A stretch of DNA of 64,000 nt from Syncephalis fuscata S228 (lineage: Eukaryota > Fungi > Zoopagomycota): assembly GCA_025786725.1 (NCBI GenBank), contig JAHLTZ010000044.1:1-64000 (forward strand), read 5' to 3'. This document shows, in pieces, positions 1-11,469 of this stretch. Numbering within the stretch: position 1 is the first letter of the stretch; each line of letters opens with the position of its first letter. The translations under genes were made by a program, and so were the position numbers. Under the pieces are notes generated by a model. The model made no database searches and had not been told where the DNA came from. It saw nothing but the letters and a program-made list of their open reading frames with translations.

Positions 1-289
1 TAGAACAATGATTTTTGCAAAAAATGTTAGCCGAAAATACGATTTACGTGTAAATAGTAACAAAAATTCAAGCTATATGTATATCAATAGCATAGATTAC
101 CACTGTATATCGGTATTGTTGATATTAACTTGTTATTGTAATTGTTATAGAGAGAGTTTCAAATTTATTTAATTTCGTTTAATTTTTAATATTAATTTTG
201 AAATCATAAAGTTTAATCATCTTTTTGTTAATAAATATTTACGTAAATCGTATTTTCGGCTAACATTTTTTGCAAAAATCATTGTTCTA
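1..289. repeat. Inverted repeat (49-bp perfect arms), possibly part of a MITE/foldback element cut by the window edge
   Basis: 1-49 is the exact reverse complement of 241-289, with an AT-rich spacer. The left arm begins at base 1, so it may extend outside the window. Confidence 0.75.
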
Positions 290-2140
290 TAAGTCATACC
301 AAACGATACAGCCAAGCACGGGGAACTCGAATCTGGCAATCATTTTGCTGTAGTTTGTTTATACAAGCCATAAATGACTAAAAACTGCCATTTTTGCACA
401 TTTATTAGCGTATTATTATAATTATTGCACCATCACACAATACAATAACGGTATACGTTGCCAGTAGCTACTTACATGTTATACGCACACTTGTGCAAAA
501 TATCAAGCAATTTGCTTTATTATACGTAAAGTTATACGTAGCTTTAGCATTTTATTAATTAAACGATTACTATTGTTTTCAATTCACATTTTATGATGGT
601 AATAGATATTAAAACACAAATGGCACATTTCGAGTTTGCCATAGCCATTAGAAATAACAAATATTACGAATTAGGATGGCATAGTTATTAGAAATATTAA
701 ATACCAAATTTTATAATGTGCATCTGTAGTAACAATAACCGATACTGTCATTTTACAATGCTCATGACTATTACACATTGTGCCAGAACATTAACATCAC
801 CAGTGTAGCTATTATTTGGAATCAAGATCTACAGTTGAACGTGCTGCTGGTATTTTTGTTTGTAGTTGAATATTGCTAATCTAATCGCCAACTGTCAAAA
901 GTTGTTTGATATCAATGATGAGCACAATGTGTAAATATAATATTGACAGCGCAGCTATTAAATATAGATACTTTATGACAGATGCGTATCGATTGAAGTG
1001 CTTGGCGATGCTATCAATGATAGGTTTAAGGCTATCTTTTTCTTATTATTGTCGGTAATGCAAGTAAGGTATTTTTTGTTAGTTCTCCAGCACAAGTATC
1101 AATAAATCATTTATCTCTACTACTTGTATAGCCGTGGTTATGCCTACAATACGATAAATTATGCAATATGGTTTCATCAGCAGGCAAATTGTAGACAAAC
1201 ATTGAAACATTAGCACGTTTTGTCAATTTGATGTTCAAGTTTGGCATGTTATAACAATTGGATTCGCTGTAGTTGATAGCAGCATTGTGTTTGCATTGCA
1301 CGTGAAGTGTTCGTATTTATAGCAGCATTGGTTTATTATCCAATCGTTTGCCTGCTGGTCTACTACAACGCCTTGGACTGATATATACATAATAAGTACG
1401 ACTGTCATTAAAGCAATATTATCGAGTTATAGCGATATTGTACCAAACAATCGGAATGTTTTTATGGGTCTTGGCCTTATCACTGGTGCATGAAATCACA
1501 GATTATAATCGGTAAATACAGCAATGCATGAAACTTCAAACCAGTACCGCAAAGGTTGGGTCAAAACTTTGATGCAATAAAGCGAGCACAAACTTGTATC
1601 GTGCAAGAATATGAAACATGCAGTGTGCTATAATGAGTAAAATCAGTTCTACAATATAGCACATTGATCTATGTGCTGGTATATTTGTTAATATAAATCA
1701 CTATTTCTAAAAATAAAAACAATTTATAGCATACAAGTATAGTTGGCAAATTGTGGTAACATAATGTATAGAAGATGCGATTTCGATAACAATGGGATAG
1801 TTGGTTGACTACATGAAACACGAAAGTAAGAGCCATTAAGGACAGGTGTGTTTTAGCATGGTGTGCTTGGAGATGTTGTTTATTGCATCATTCAAGACCT
1901 AAAAAAGAACACCCCTGGTCATGGGTATAATCACGAAACACATTTTAATATCTGCCAATATGAGATTGAATATAAATACTCGGCTATCTATATGGTCAAT
2001 GGTTGATTCAGCATCTCAAAGCAACAGCTTCTGCAACAAATTACGCCATCATCTTTACGCCATTGATTACAGCTAGTCTGATCAACCAACTAAACTCACC
2101 ACTGTTACGCACAACGTTTAAACTTACGAACATTATCATC

Positions 2141-2626
2141 ATGCAATTCCTCACTACTCTTGTTATGATTACTGCATTCGTCGCTAGTGCGATCGAAGTA
2201 AGCGCCGGTCCGGTTAGCTTCGATCCAACAAAGATGATTTGCCTGGTCAACAAATTCCGCGCTGGAAAAAAGCTTCCACCATTTGCAGTTTATGTCGGCC
2301 TAAACAAAGCTGCACAGGACCATAGTACACTTCAAGCCCGCAACAAGCAAGTCGGCCATGAACTTCCTGGTGAGCTTGGCTTAATGCAGCGCTGTTCCGC
2401 CGGCGGTGGTGGATGGAACAGTGTAAGCGAAAATGTTGCAGGTGGACAGACATCTATGGAGCAAGTCATGAACAGCTGGATCAACTCGCCTGGCCATCTC
2501 AGGAATCTAGTAAGCGATGCTACGCATTTCGGCAGTGGCATGGCTTTAGACAGCAGCGGTCGAGCTTACTGGACACAAAACTTTGGTCGCAATGTTAAAC
2601 TGCCAAAGGACCTCCCAAAATGCTAA
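2141..2626 (+). CDS. Secreted CAP (SCP/PR-1/Tpx-1) domain protein
   Basis: Signal peptide MQFLTTLVMITAFVASAIEVSAG from ATG 2141; CAP motifs LVNKFRA, AAQDHS, SENVAGG, WINSPGHLRNL, HFGSG, YWTQNFG. Single exon; TATA-like TATAAATA ~170 bp upstream. Confidence 0.9.
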   Translation: MQFLTTLVMITAFVASAIEVSAGPVSFDPTKMICLVNKFRAGKKLPPFAVYVGLNKAAQDHSTLQARNKQVGHELPGELGLMQRCSAGGGGWNSVSENVAGGQTSMEQVMNSWINSPGHLRNLVSDATHFGSGMALDSSGRAYWTQNFGRNVKLPKDLPKC

Positions 2627-4129
2627 ACAAGCAACGACCTACAATTGAAATAGAATAATGGATAACATTAGAACTAGACCAGCATCAAGAGTTTTAATTA
2701 ATAAAAGTTATTTTATTACAGTCCATCGTCTTTAGTTTACTAATTTACTCATGAATTTGAGTCAGACTAAACAGTTTATATTTAAAAGGTTGTCATTGTT
2801 AATGTCGATACAATCAAATAGCATAATCCATTTTGAAAAAAATTGCTGTTGATGTTGGCACTATTAGCGCAAATTGATTATTTGTTTGTCTAATGACTCT
2901 AGTATATTATAAGTGATTAGTTTAGACAAGTTTAAAATGTCATAAACTCAACAGCATTGTATTTAGTTTATTGCTTTTAATGAACAAAATAAATGCAGAA
3001 TAGCAATGGATTATCATTTATAAATAAATGTCACAAATAAATAATAGTGTCAGCGATATATACTTGGATGTTCTGTACTGCACCATTAACACAGTGCATT
3101 ATTTAATACGATTGCTCACACATTTACAACTAGCAAGTATTTATTGATCATATGATCGTAATTGCTGTTTTTATTGTTATTAATTGCTATCGATATTTGA
3201 TATATATATTATTGTCCATTCACATACGATGTTAACAATTAGTTTAATAACACGGTTTATCCAATAGTCACATCGTCATAGCAATACAAACATAACATCA
3301 AAATGGTAGCATTACGATAAGATATTTTATTGAAAATGGCCATTGTTTTTAACTTTTGAAATCACAGTTGTTTAGCTTTGTCATTAAAATCACTATGTTT
3401 GACTAGGATAGAATGGCATTACCATAGTGGATAGGATATAGAGCATAAGTATAATGGTTATGATGCTGTTTATTAGTTTTATTTTATTATGTGTTAAGTT
3501 TAATTTATTTTAAAAGCTTCTATTGTTTGAATCAAAGTATAATAGTATGATTATAGCAGATAATGTAATGTTTACTTTTGAATCTACACGGCCAAACAAT
3601 TGTAAGAGTAATAGCTTAGCGATGAACAGATAGAATGAGGTAGATTACTAAGCAACTGAATAAAAACATGGCATTTCATTTAACGATAAGTGTAAAACAG
3701 TCTTTTTTGAATGTACGCCATAAATACACGGTAAATTGTATGATTTTGTTTATGCTTGTTGGGCATGTTTTATTGAATAAAAACATAGCAATGTTTGTTT
3801 GATAAATAAAAAGTGATACGTTTCCAATATAAACTAGTAGGATATGTTGCAAAAAGAATAACCTGCAACAATCCATCATAAACACTGGCACCAGCCACAA
3901 TATTGGATCAGGAAAGGCAGTGTAAAAACAAAAAGGCTAATATAGCGCCTCAAAAACAACAATGCTTAGAAAAAAGTACTGATGAGTGAGATTGTTCGGG
4001 TTGGAAAAGAGCAAAGAATAAGACAATCAGCGGAGAGGGAACAGGACATACAGCTAATACAGCAATCATGTTGCCAAAGTCATTGCATGCTTTAGTTTTG
4101 CTATAGATTGCCACTATGAATCGTGCTAA

Positions 4130-4617
4130 CAGCAGCCTGTACCGTCTCGACAGTAGCAAACCACACTGCCTTTGTTGAGATTGCAAAGCTGTTGTCAGAT
4201 GACCTGTAATGGCGACCCATAGCAAAACAAAGCATACAACGAGATTTGCACGGTGCATATTCAACATAGCATAAACAAAGCCAGAAATGCACTTAACGTG
4301 CCAATAAAGATGCCAATATCAATGATTGAAGTGAAAAGATGCTTTGTAAAATGTAGATTACAAAAGAGCAATGCAAGGACATAAAGTAAATAGCATATAT
4401 AGAGTGTACAAGTATATGCAATGTATATATGCTATCAAGTGTAAAGAAAGAGAAAGAGAAATGTGATGACGTAGATTGTGAGATGTGAGCCTGTCAGTCA
4501 ATATTTATAAACAGTGAGTTTAATTTAGTAATAAATAGAGTGTAAATAATAAAAGTCATCTACCCAACATGTGGTACATTATAGAACAGATTAATAGTAA
4601 ATAAATAAATGCATTAA
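4130..4617. repeat. Dispersed repeat, copy 1
   Basis: 4401-4617 is near-identical to 9239-9455, and 4130-4380 resembles 8930-9170. A shorter copy lies at ~48860-48940. Confidence 0.75.
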
Positions 4618-5193
4618 TAAATAATATTATAAATCGTTTACTATTTAAAATTTGTTACCATGATGTAATGTTTATAGATCAGTACACTTAAAGACACGGC
4701 AACCAACTTTATCATATAAATGGAAAATAAGTTTGCTATACTTTAGAAAATGAAGTGGTAAATCACTCGCATAATAAAAAAAAGATGGTTTGCTTATTAC
4801 ATTAGTAAGCTTATGGTATATAAAACGAATCAGCAGGCTGTGAAAATGCACATGTTGTCAGTTAAATGTGTTTAAACAAAACAGCTAGTCTCAATTGTGC
4901 AGATAGTTGATAGCTTGGTTTGAATTTTGTCTGCTGCTTTGTTATCTGTACTGACAACTGTTATATTCACGATCAATTTGTAATGATTAAACTATTATGC
5001 AATTTGTTAAGCTTTAGTTAGTTTGTGTTGCTGTACATTCTTAGTACACTACAATTTAAAACATAAAGTGCCTAATAAATGAATAGCCAATGTAGTATAT
5101 TTAAAATATAACTTGGTTTAATGTTATATTGAATATATACAAATTGCATTAGAATAAAATATATAGATACAATATATCGAAGCATCAGATTAT

Positions 5194-6168
5194 TTAGTTT
5201 GCAGTGGCGATTTGCGACAAGTGAAGAATATGGTAAGTCTTGGGACGATATGCAGAGTGGTTTCCATTCCCCATATTTTGGCAGTGTCTAATCAATATGG
5301 TTGCAACAGTAATCCTATAAACAGTTTAGCTATGTATATCCAGTCAACCACTAGTACTTACCAATCAGCACTAAAAAGCATATCACGGTTAGCACTGCCA
5401 ACACAGCTAATTATAGCAATGCAGCAAGTAAGATTAATTGCTAAGGCCAAACATATTGTTTGTATTCCATCTTGTGCTAGTCGCTTCCATGCATCAGATC
5501 CAAACATATAATATTGTTTTAGAGCAATACGGCAAAAGACAGCTGAAAAAAACACGTTGATTGGCATATTTGTTCCAATCCAGTACCAAAGAAAAATAGG
5601 TGGATAGTAGACTGAGCAGCCAACCTTGGCTTCTAAAATAACAAAAGAGTAGCGTACCAAGATAAAAGCAAAACCTAATTGAGGTAATATAAAAATAATG
5701 CCGATATAAGTGACCCATTTCTTTTGGTAAAGAACCAGATTGACTTTTAAAAGAAGAATTGTACTGTTAAAAATTACTCCTAATGTAATAAGGAATCCGA
5801 CCACCATGCCATTATTCTACAATTAAAGCCATAGCCTGCAAGCAACAGTATAGGCACTATACTATACATAATACCATTAATAGCAAGCATTAAGCAGCAC
5901 CATGAAAATATGCTATATGGCCGTGATAGGACCATTTTGATTGCTACAATAGTATTGTATAAAAAAATAAAAAACATTATAACACAAAATACAAGTTAAT
6001 TTGTATGCTCGTTAAACGGAGACGCTGCTCGTCGATATGACCTGTAGCTTCCATCAAGAAATCAGGCACACTCATTTCGCCAAGCGGATGAAGATCGATG
6101 CCCCATTTTTTTGCAGCATTATGTCTCCACTCGGTTTGCGTTGGATCGGTATTGTTAATAAACGGCAT
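5194..6168 (-). CDS. Orphan multi-pass (7TM/GPCR-like) membrane protein; two 1-nt frameshifts (assembly error or pseudogene)
   Basis: Joined ORFs give WGIDLHPLGE..., WCCL, NCR, GCSVYYP, AWKRLAQDGIQT, ADW|intron, collinear with the intact paralogue at 23902-24933. Intron 5361-5315; frameshifts near 5995 and 5803. Confidence 0.7.
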
Positions 6169-8929
6169 TTTAACTTTGTAATAATAACAGTAGTATGTAT
6201 AGATAACTAGGTAATAGAAGTACAGGCACGTAATGTTGGATGGTTTGCAAGGAGATATTCGGGGCAAAGGCCATATCAGTTTTGCTATTCATGCATAGTA
6301 GCTGATGCGGTACACGGGCATTCAACCATGTATGTACGCGACATCAACTGCAGTATTATGCATTATCCAGAAATGACAGCAATTGCAAGTTGAATAATGA
6401 TAATAGCTGATAAAACATTAAACTTGAAAACAACATTGTGCCACAGCAACATTACAATATTAGTTCCGACAGGTAATATATAGAGAAACCATTAAACTAT
6501 TGTAAGATTCTAGATTCAACAACAGCACACCAAGGACATACTCTAGCCAAATTATGCAGCTTAGGCCAGCTATGCATTGTTTTATTTTTCACAGTAGGCT
6601 AATGATTGGACCAGCTTGCTTGAGTTCTTAACTAATGATAGGTGATTTCTATGCTTAAACATCTGCATGTATTTAGCATGGATGTGGCTAGGAAAACTAC
6701 GGAAAACCCACGTATTATTACTGAAACACATTTACTTTATTAAGATCATTCAAATTAATGCAAATAAACAAGTGTTATACTATTGTGTATTCTAACTCTT
6801 ATTCTACAGCATTGGAACAAAGCAAGAGTGAAGCTTATAGCCATGTCAACAATGTCGGCTATTTATTATACTGCATATAGATATAGACATTTTAGCAATA
6901 TCAATTGTTCAACGCGATTGTTATGAATTATATACTGCAGTTGATGCTTTCTCCATATACCCAAGGCAAATGATACGAAATTATAGCCTAGAGATTTTTA
7001 CATGCGTTCATTGCACCCAAATCCATTTTTGTTAATAAACTTTAAAAGAATGTAGCTACTGTAAATGATATAGTATACCAATCTTTGCTTTGCTTTATAA
7101 TCATGTTAACCTGCAGTGCTTATATATATTATTGGCATTGCTTCAAATCAATATCGCATAAATGCACATTTTAATATCATTATTAGCCATCAGAATTTAA
7201 TCCAAAATGCAATGTATACTCTATTTATGGTGCAGTGATTGATTTAGACTTTCACGTTAACGCATTAGCTGTTTGTGATTTTAAAGTTGGCCTTATGACT
7301 TATTAGACGTGGTTTTTCTTGTTGCATTTATATCCAATCCACAGTCAATATTCATATAACACGCAATGGCTGATTAAACGCATGGCCACAGTTTAGTTTA
7401 GTCAGTGCTAATAATCTTACAGGATTAATTTTAATCATTTAAAATATCATTACAATCGAGTATAGATTCAATCATTCTTCAAGATATTTGCTTGTATTAA
7501 TGTGCACCTATTTAGCCTACTACTGTCATGAGCGTATAGCGAGTATTATGTACATGTTACTATGTATTTCATTGTAATTGTGATATATACAACAAATTTG
7601 AGATAATAGATTAACAGCGACATAAAACAATTGAGAACTTGTCTCCACCCACTTGAAGAAATGCACGTATTTAATTTCCTTACATAAATCGCTGACGACA
7701 TTGCTAAGCAGCGTCTTTGGCCAGTTGACATGCAAGTTCAGCATGTAACGTTTGCTATCGCATCTTTTATATTTGGACGCAATATTGTTATTGTCAGCAG
7801 AATATTCATATCACGACTTCATAACATGGCATCTTGGCGCTGTTTTGTTCCTTCTACTTTGGACATTACAACTAGTCTGATGATTATATTCATGTACTTG
7901 ATTTTTTTGATATCTGTCGAATTATGACATGGATTTCTCTATTTAGTATGTCATTTACAATGACTGGCAACAACATAATACTGCTTCAAAAGATGTATTT
8001 AGCGCTTTGCCGACAAAGATAGGTGCAGTATATTTTGTCATATTGCTTTAAATCAATATCATTTATTTGGATTAGAGGTATGGAAGAACTGGCAGGCAAG
8101 GGAATACAAACAATGTGCGATATTATTTGCTCTATTTTTATCATTACATACTTGACTGCAATCAATAGTGACTTATTTCTAACGTAGATTGGTAAGTAGT
8201 GTCGAATAACCAACTAAACTAGATTAGCATATGTTTAGAATGGTTATGACGACAGTATTCGTCGACCATTGCCAAAATATGGGCAAAAACGTTAGTTTGG
8301 CACACCAACCAGAAAGCAGCCATGTGTTTAAGCTGTCTTAAACTGCCACTGCAAGATGTATAAATTATTAATAAGATGTATTTTATTATTGTATTCCAAT
8401 AAGCCACGATGCTAAATAAAAGTTACCATAAAGTTATTTATTTTATTAGCCAATTAACTATATATGCGTCGTTTACCATCTTGGTATACCCTTAAAAGTT
8501 CATGATACTTGTTACAACTCATTAAGTTAAACAAATGTATCATTTAGTATGATTTGGGATTAAATGACTAAAATTATAACATTTGCAAGATTAAACTGCC
8601 ATTCGTTCTATTGAACATGGAACTGGATAATGAGTAATATTAATGAATAAAATAATTAGTATCATAGATTTATTATCCAGTTGCATATAGCGTTCCCATC
8701 ATATACCTCAATATTATATACTGTTCCATCGGTGGAGAGTTAACAGCACATATAGCCATCGTAATCATCGTGTTGGTGGCTGTGCACGTACAATAGCAAT
8801 AGTAGTATATTGTACTACTACTGTTGTATGCGTACAGTATCTGTAAATGATCATTGTAATGACTATATGCTGTCAAAGTCATTGTATGCTTTGTTTTGTT
8901 ATAGATTGCCGCTGCAGATCGTATTAACA

Positions 8930-9455
8930 ACAGCTTGTACAGTTTCAATAATAGCAAATTGCACTGCCACTATGGAGATTGCAAAGTTGTTAGCAGATGA
9001 CCTGCAATGGTGATCTATAGTAAAAATGAAGCATACAAAAATCTTGACAACATATTAAAAAAAACATAAAAAAAGCTAAAAATGGCTTATATGCTAGTAA
9101 AATACCAACTCAATGATCAGAGCTGAGGTGATTTGCAAAAAAGATCAGATTACAAAAGAGCAATGCAAGGCATAGTGTAAAGGTGTTTGTACATAACTAT
9201 TAGTGGTCAACTACTGACACATCTAATTGGTATATATGGAGTGTACAATATATGCATGGATATATGCTATCAAGTGTAAAGAAAGAGAAAGGGAAATGTG
9301 ATGACGTAGATTGTGAGATGTGAGCCTGTCAGTCAATATTTATAAACAGTTGAGTTTAATTTAGTAATGAATAGAGTGTAAATAATAAAAGTCAATCTAC
9401 CCAACATGTCGGTACATTATAGAACAGATTAATAGTAAATGAATAAATGCATTAA
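8930..9455. repeat. Dispersed repeat, copy 2
   Basis: Direct copy of 4130-4617. Confidence 0.75.
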
Positions 9456-9831
9456 GAATAAAAGCCATTTGACACCGAATTATTATATGCTGATATAGTA
9501 ATAGTATATTTATTATAAATGGATATGCTAACTAATTGGTTATTACAGAATGCAAACTTACTTGTAATCAATAAAGATACAGTAACGCAGACACTCCACT
9601 GGCAACTATCTACAATTAGTTCAAGTTATGTATACGCAGGACTATACAAAAACATGTCATTTCTGTTGCGCAATTAACTACCAATAGACAATGTGCAAAC
9701 AATGAGCAGACAGTGCGCAATAAGCGCCTTTTAACTTCATGTGGAAGTCGTTGATTTAGTGCGTTACATTAATAGGGATAAACATAATAGAAAGGGCTAA
9801 TCATAAAAAGTAATTCATACTTTGCTTAAAG

Positions 9832-11469
9832 CTATTTTTCCACCATGCCTTCTTCAGGGGACGAAGGCTTTGGCTGTGGGGTGTACAAATCCTCATCTTC
9901 ACCGGATAGCTCCTCAAGCGACTTGCCGGCTGTTTCGGGAATGAAGAAGGTAAACAAGAGGCCGATGAACATGAAGACGGCGAAAATAATGATAAGCTTG
10001 GGGACAAATTCGCCCTTGCCGCCAATGTCCTTCATCTGAGAGAAGCCAACCTGGGCAACAATGGCACCCAATTTACCAGAAGCAGCCGAGATACCGTGGG
10101 CCGTTGAACGGTAACGTGTAGGGAACACCTCGCCCGGTACGATAAAAGTAGTGGTGTTTGGACCAAAGTTTTGGAAGAACTGCGTAAGCGTGAAGATAAC
10201 AATAAATAGTACAATGCTGGTGTCGCGAATAGCATTGAAGCCAATGCCCATGATCAAGAAAAGAACCGTAAGAATGGCAAAACCACCGAGCTGAATGCGC
10301 TTGCGTCCAATGCGGTCGACCAGGAATACAGTGACCCAGTAGCCAGGTACAGTACCAAGCATAGCAATAATGATGTTACCAACCGAAGAGGTAAACAAGT
10401 CACGGTATGGCGAGCTATGGTCAACAAAGCCCATTGCATTGAGAATGATCGCATTGTTAAGACCGGTACCGTAGAAGGCAACATCAAGAGCAAACCAGGA
10501 CATTGAAGTACCGAGTAAAACCTTCAGGTTCGACCATTGCGAAAAGTGGCGGCAGAAATCGCTCCATGATGCCTTAGGAGTTTCCTTAACGTGTTGTTGG
10601 GCAACCTGGGCGGCAGCGGCAATATCACGATCGTGGTCATCGGCATTTTTGTTCAAGACGTTGCCGATATCCTTGGTAGCCTTGGTAATGTCGTTGTCAA
10701 TGTCCATGGTGTAGCGTGGCGTTTCGGGGATAGTCAAACGGAAGTAGATGGCAATAATACCGGGAATGGCACCAACACCAATACAAATGCGCCAGACATA
10801 GTCAAAGTTCATCACATCCTCTTCGATGGCACTTTTGAAGGCGGCAACCGTGGCGGTCGATACAAGAGCAGCGGCAAGAATACCAAAACCTTGCATAGCA
10901 AACACGGCAGCAATCATGGCACCACGACGCTTAGTTGTGGCAAACTCGGCTGTGATGACTGCGGAAAGTGGATAATCACCGCCGACACCAATACCGAGAA
11001 TGAAACGCCAGATAATAAGCATTGTAGTGGCGCGAATACCGCGGACGGCATCGGCAGCAAAGGCGGACGTAATGGTAAAGACGACAATCATAAGCAACTC
11101 GATACCGTACATCTTCTTACGGCCAAGACGATCGGCCAAGTAGCCAAAGAATAGCTGTCCAATAAGTGTACCAACGGCGGCGGAGACCTTAAGGCCAAGA
11201 TCAATAGCAGGTGGGACAGTGTTTTTATTGTCGGCAAAATAGACATAGCCCAACATTTGCACCACCAAATTGATGATGAACAAATCGTAGGCGTCGGTGA
11301 AGAAGCCAATGCCGGAGACTAGGCATGCTCGAACGTGGAACCAGCCAAACTTGGCATTGTCGATCTCGGCAAGAGCTTGACGGCGGCGTTCACGAGCGTC
11401 CATCGGTTGGTTAAGCAGCACTTCCGTAGTGGCGCCTTGGTCGGCAGAAAAGTTCTGTTCGGCAGACAT
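9832..11469 (-). CDS. PHO84: High-affinity H+/phosphate symporter (MFS, PHS family)
   Basis: 545-aa intronless ORF with GIGFFTDAYDLF, GYLADRLGRKKMYG, GIGVGGDYPLSAVITAEFA, QNFGPNTTTFIVPGEVFPTRYRSTAHGISAASGKLGA. Confidence 0.97.
   Translation of the reverse strand: MSAEQNFSADQGATTEVLLNQPMDARERRRQALAEIDNAKFGWFHVRACLVSGIGFFTDAYDLFIINLVVQMLGYVYFADNKNTVPPAIDLGLKVSAAVGTLIGQLFFGYLADRLGRKKMYGIELLMIVVFTITSAFAADAVRGIRATTMLIIWRFILGIGVGGDYPLSAVITAEFATTKRRGAMIAAVFAMQGFGILAAALVSTATVAAFKSAIEEDVMNFDYVWRICIGVGAIPGIIAIYFRLTIPETPRYTMDIDNDITKATKDIGNVLNKNADDHDRDIAAAAQVAQQHVKETPKASWSDFCRHFSQWSNLKVLLGTSMSWFALDVAFYGTGLNNAIILNAMGFVDHSSPYRDLFTSSVGNIIIAMLGTVPGYWVTVFLVDRIGRKRIQLGGFAILTVLFLIMGIGFNAIRDTSIVLFIVIFTLTQFFQNFGPNTTTFIVPGEVFPTRYRSTAHGISAASGKLGAIVAQVGFSQMKDIGGKGEFVPKLIIIFAVFMFIGLLFTFFIPETAGKSLEELSGEDEDLYTPQPKPSSPEEGMVEK

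Noticed and set aside
7690-8060. Possible second Fanzor relic (minus-strand 'L*SRDMNIL' resembling WNRDxN)
   Set aside because: Only one short degenerate motif; the other motifs could not be recovered convincingly.
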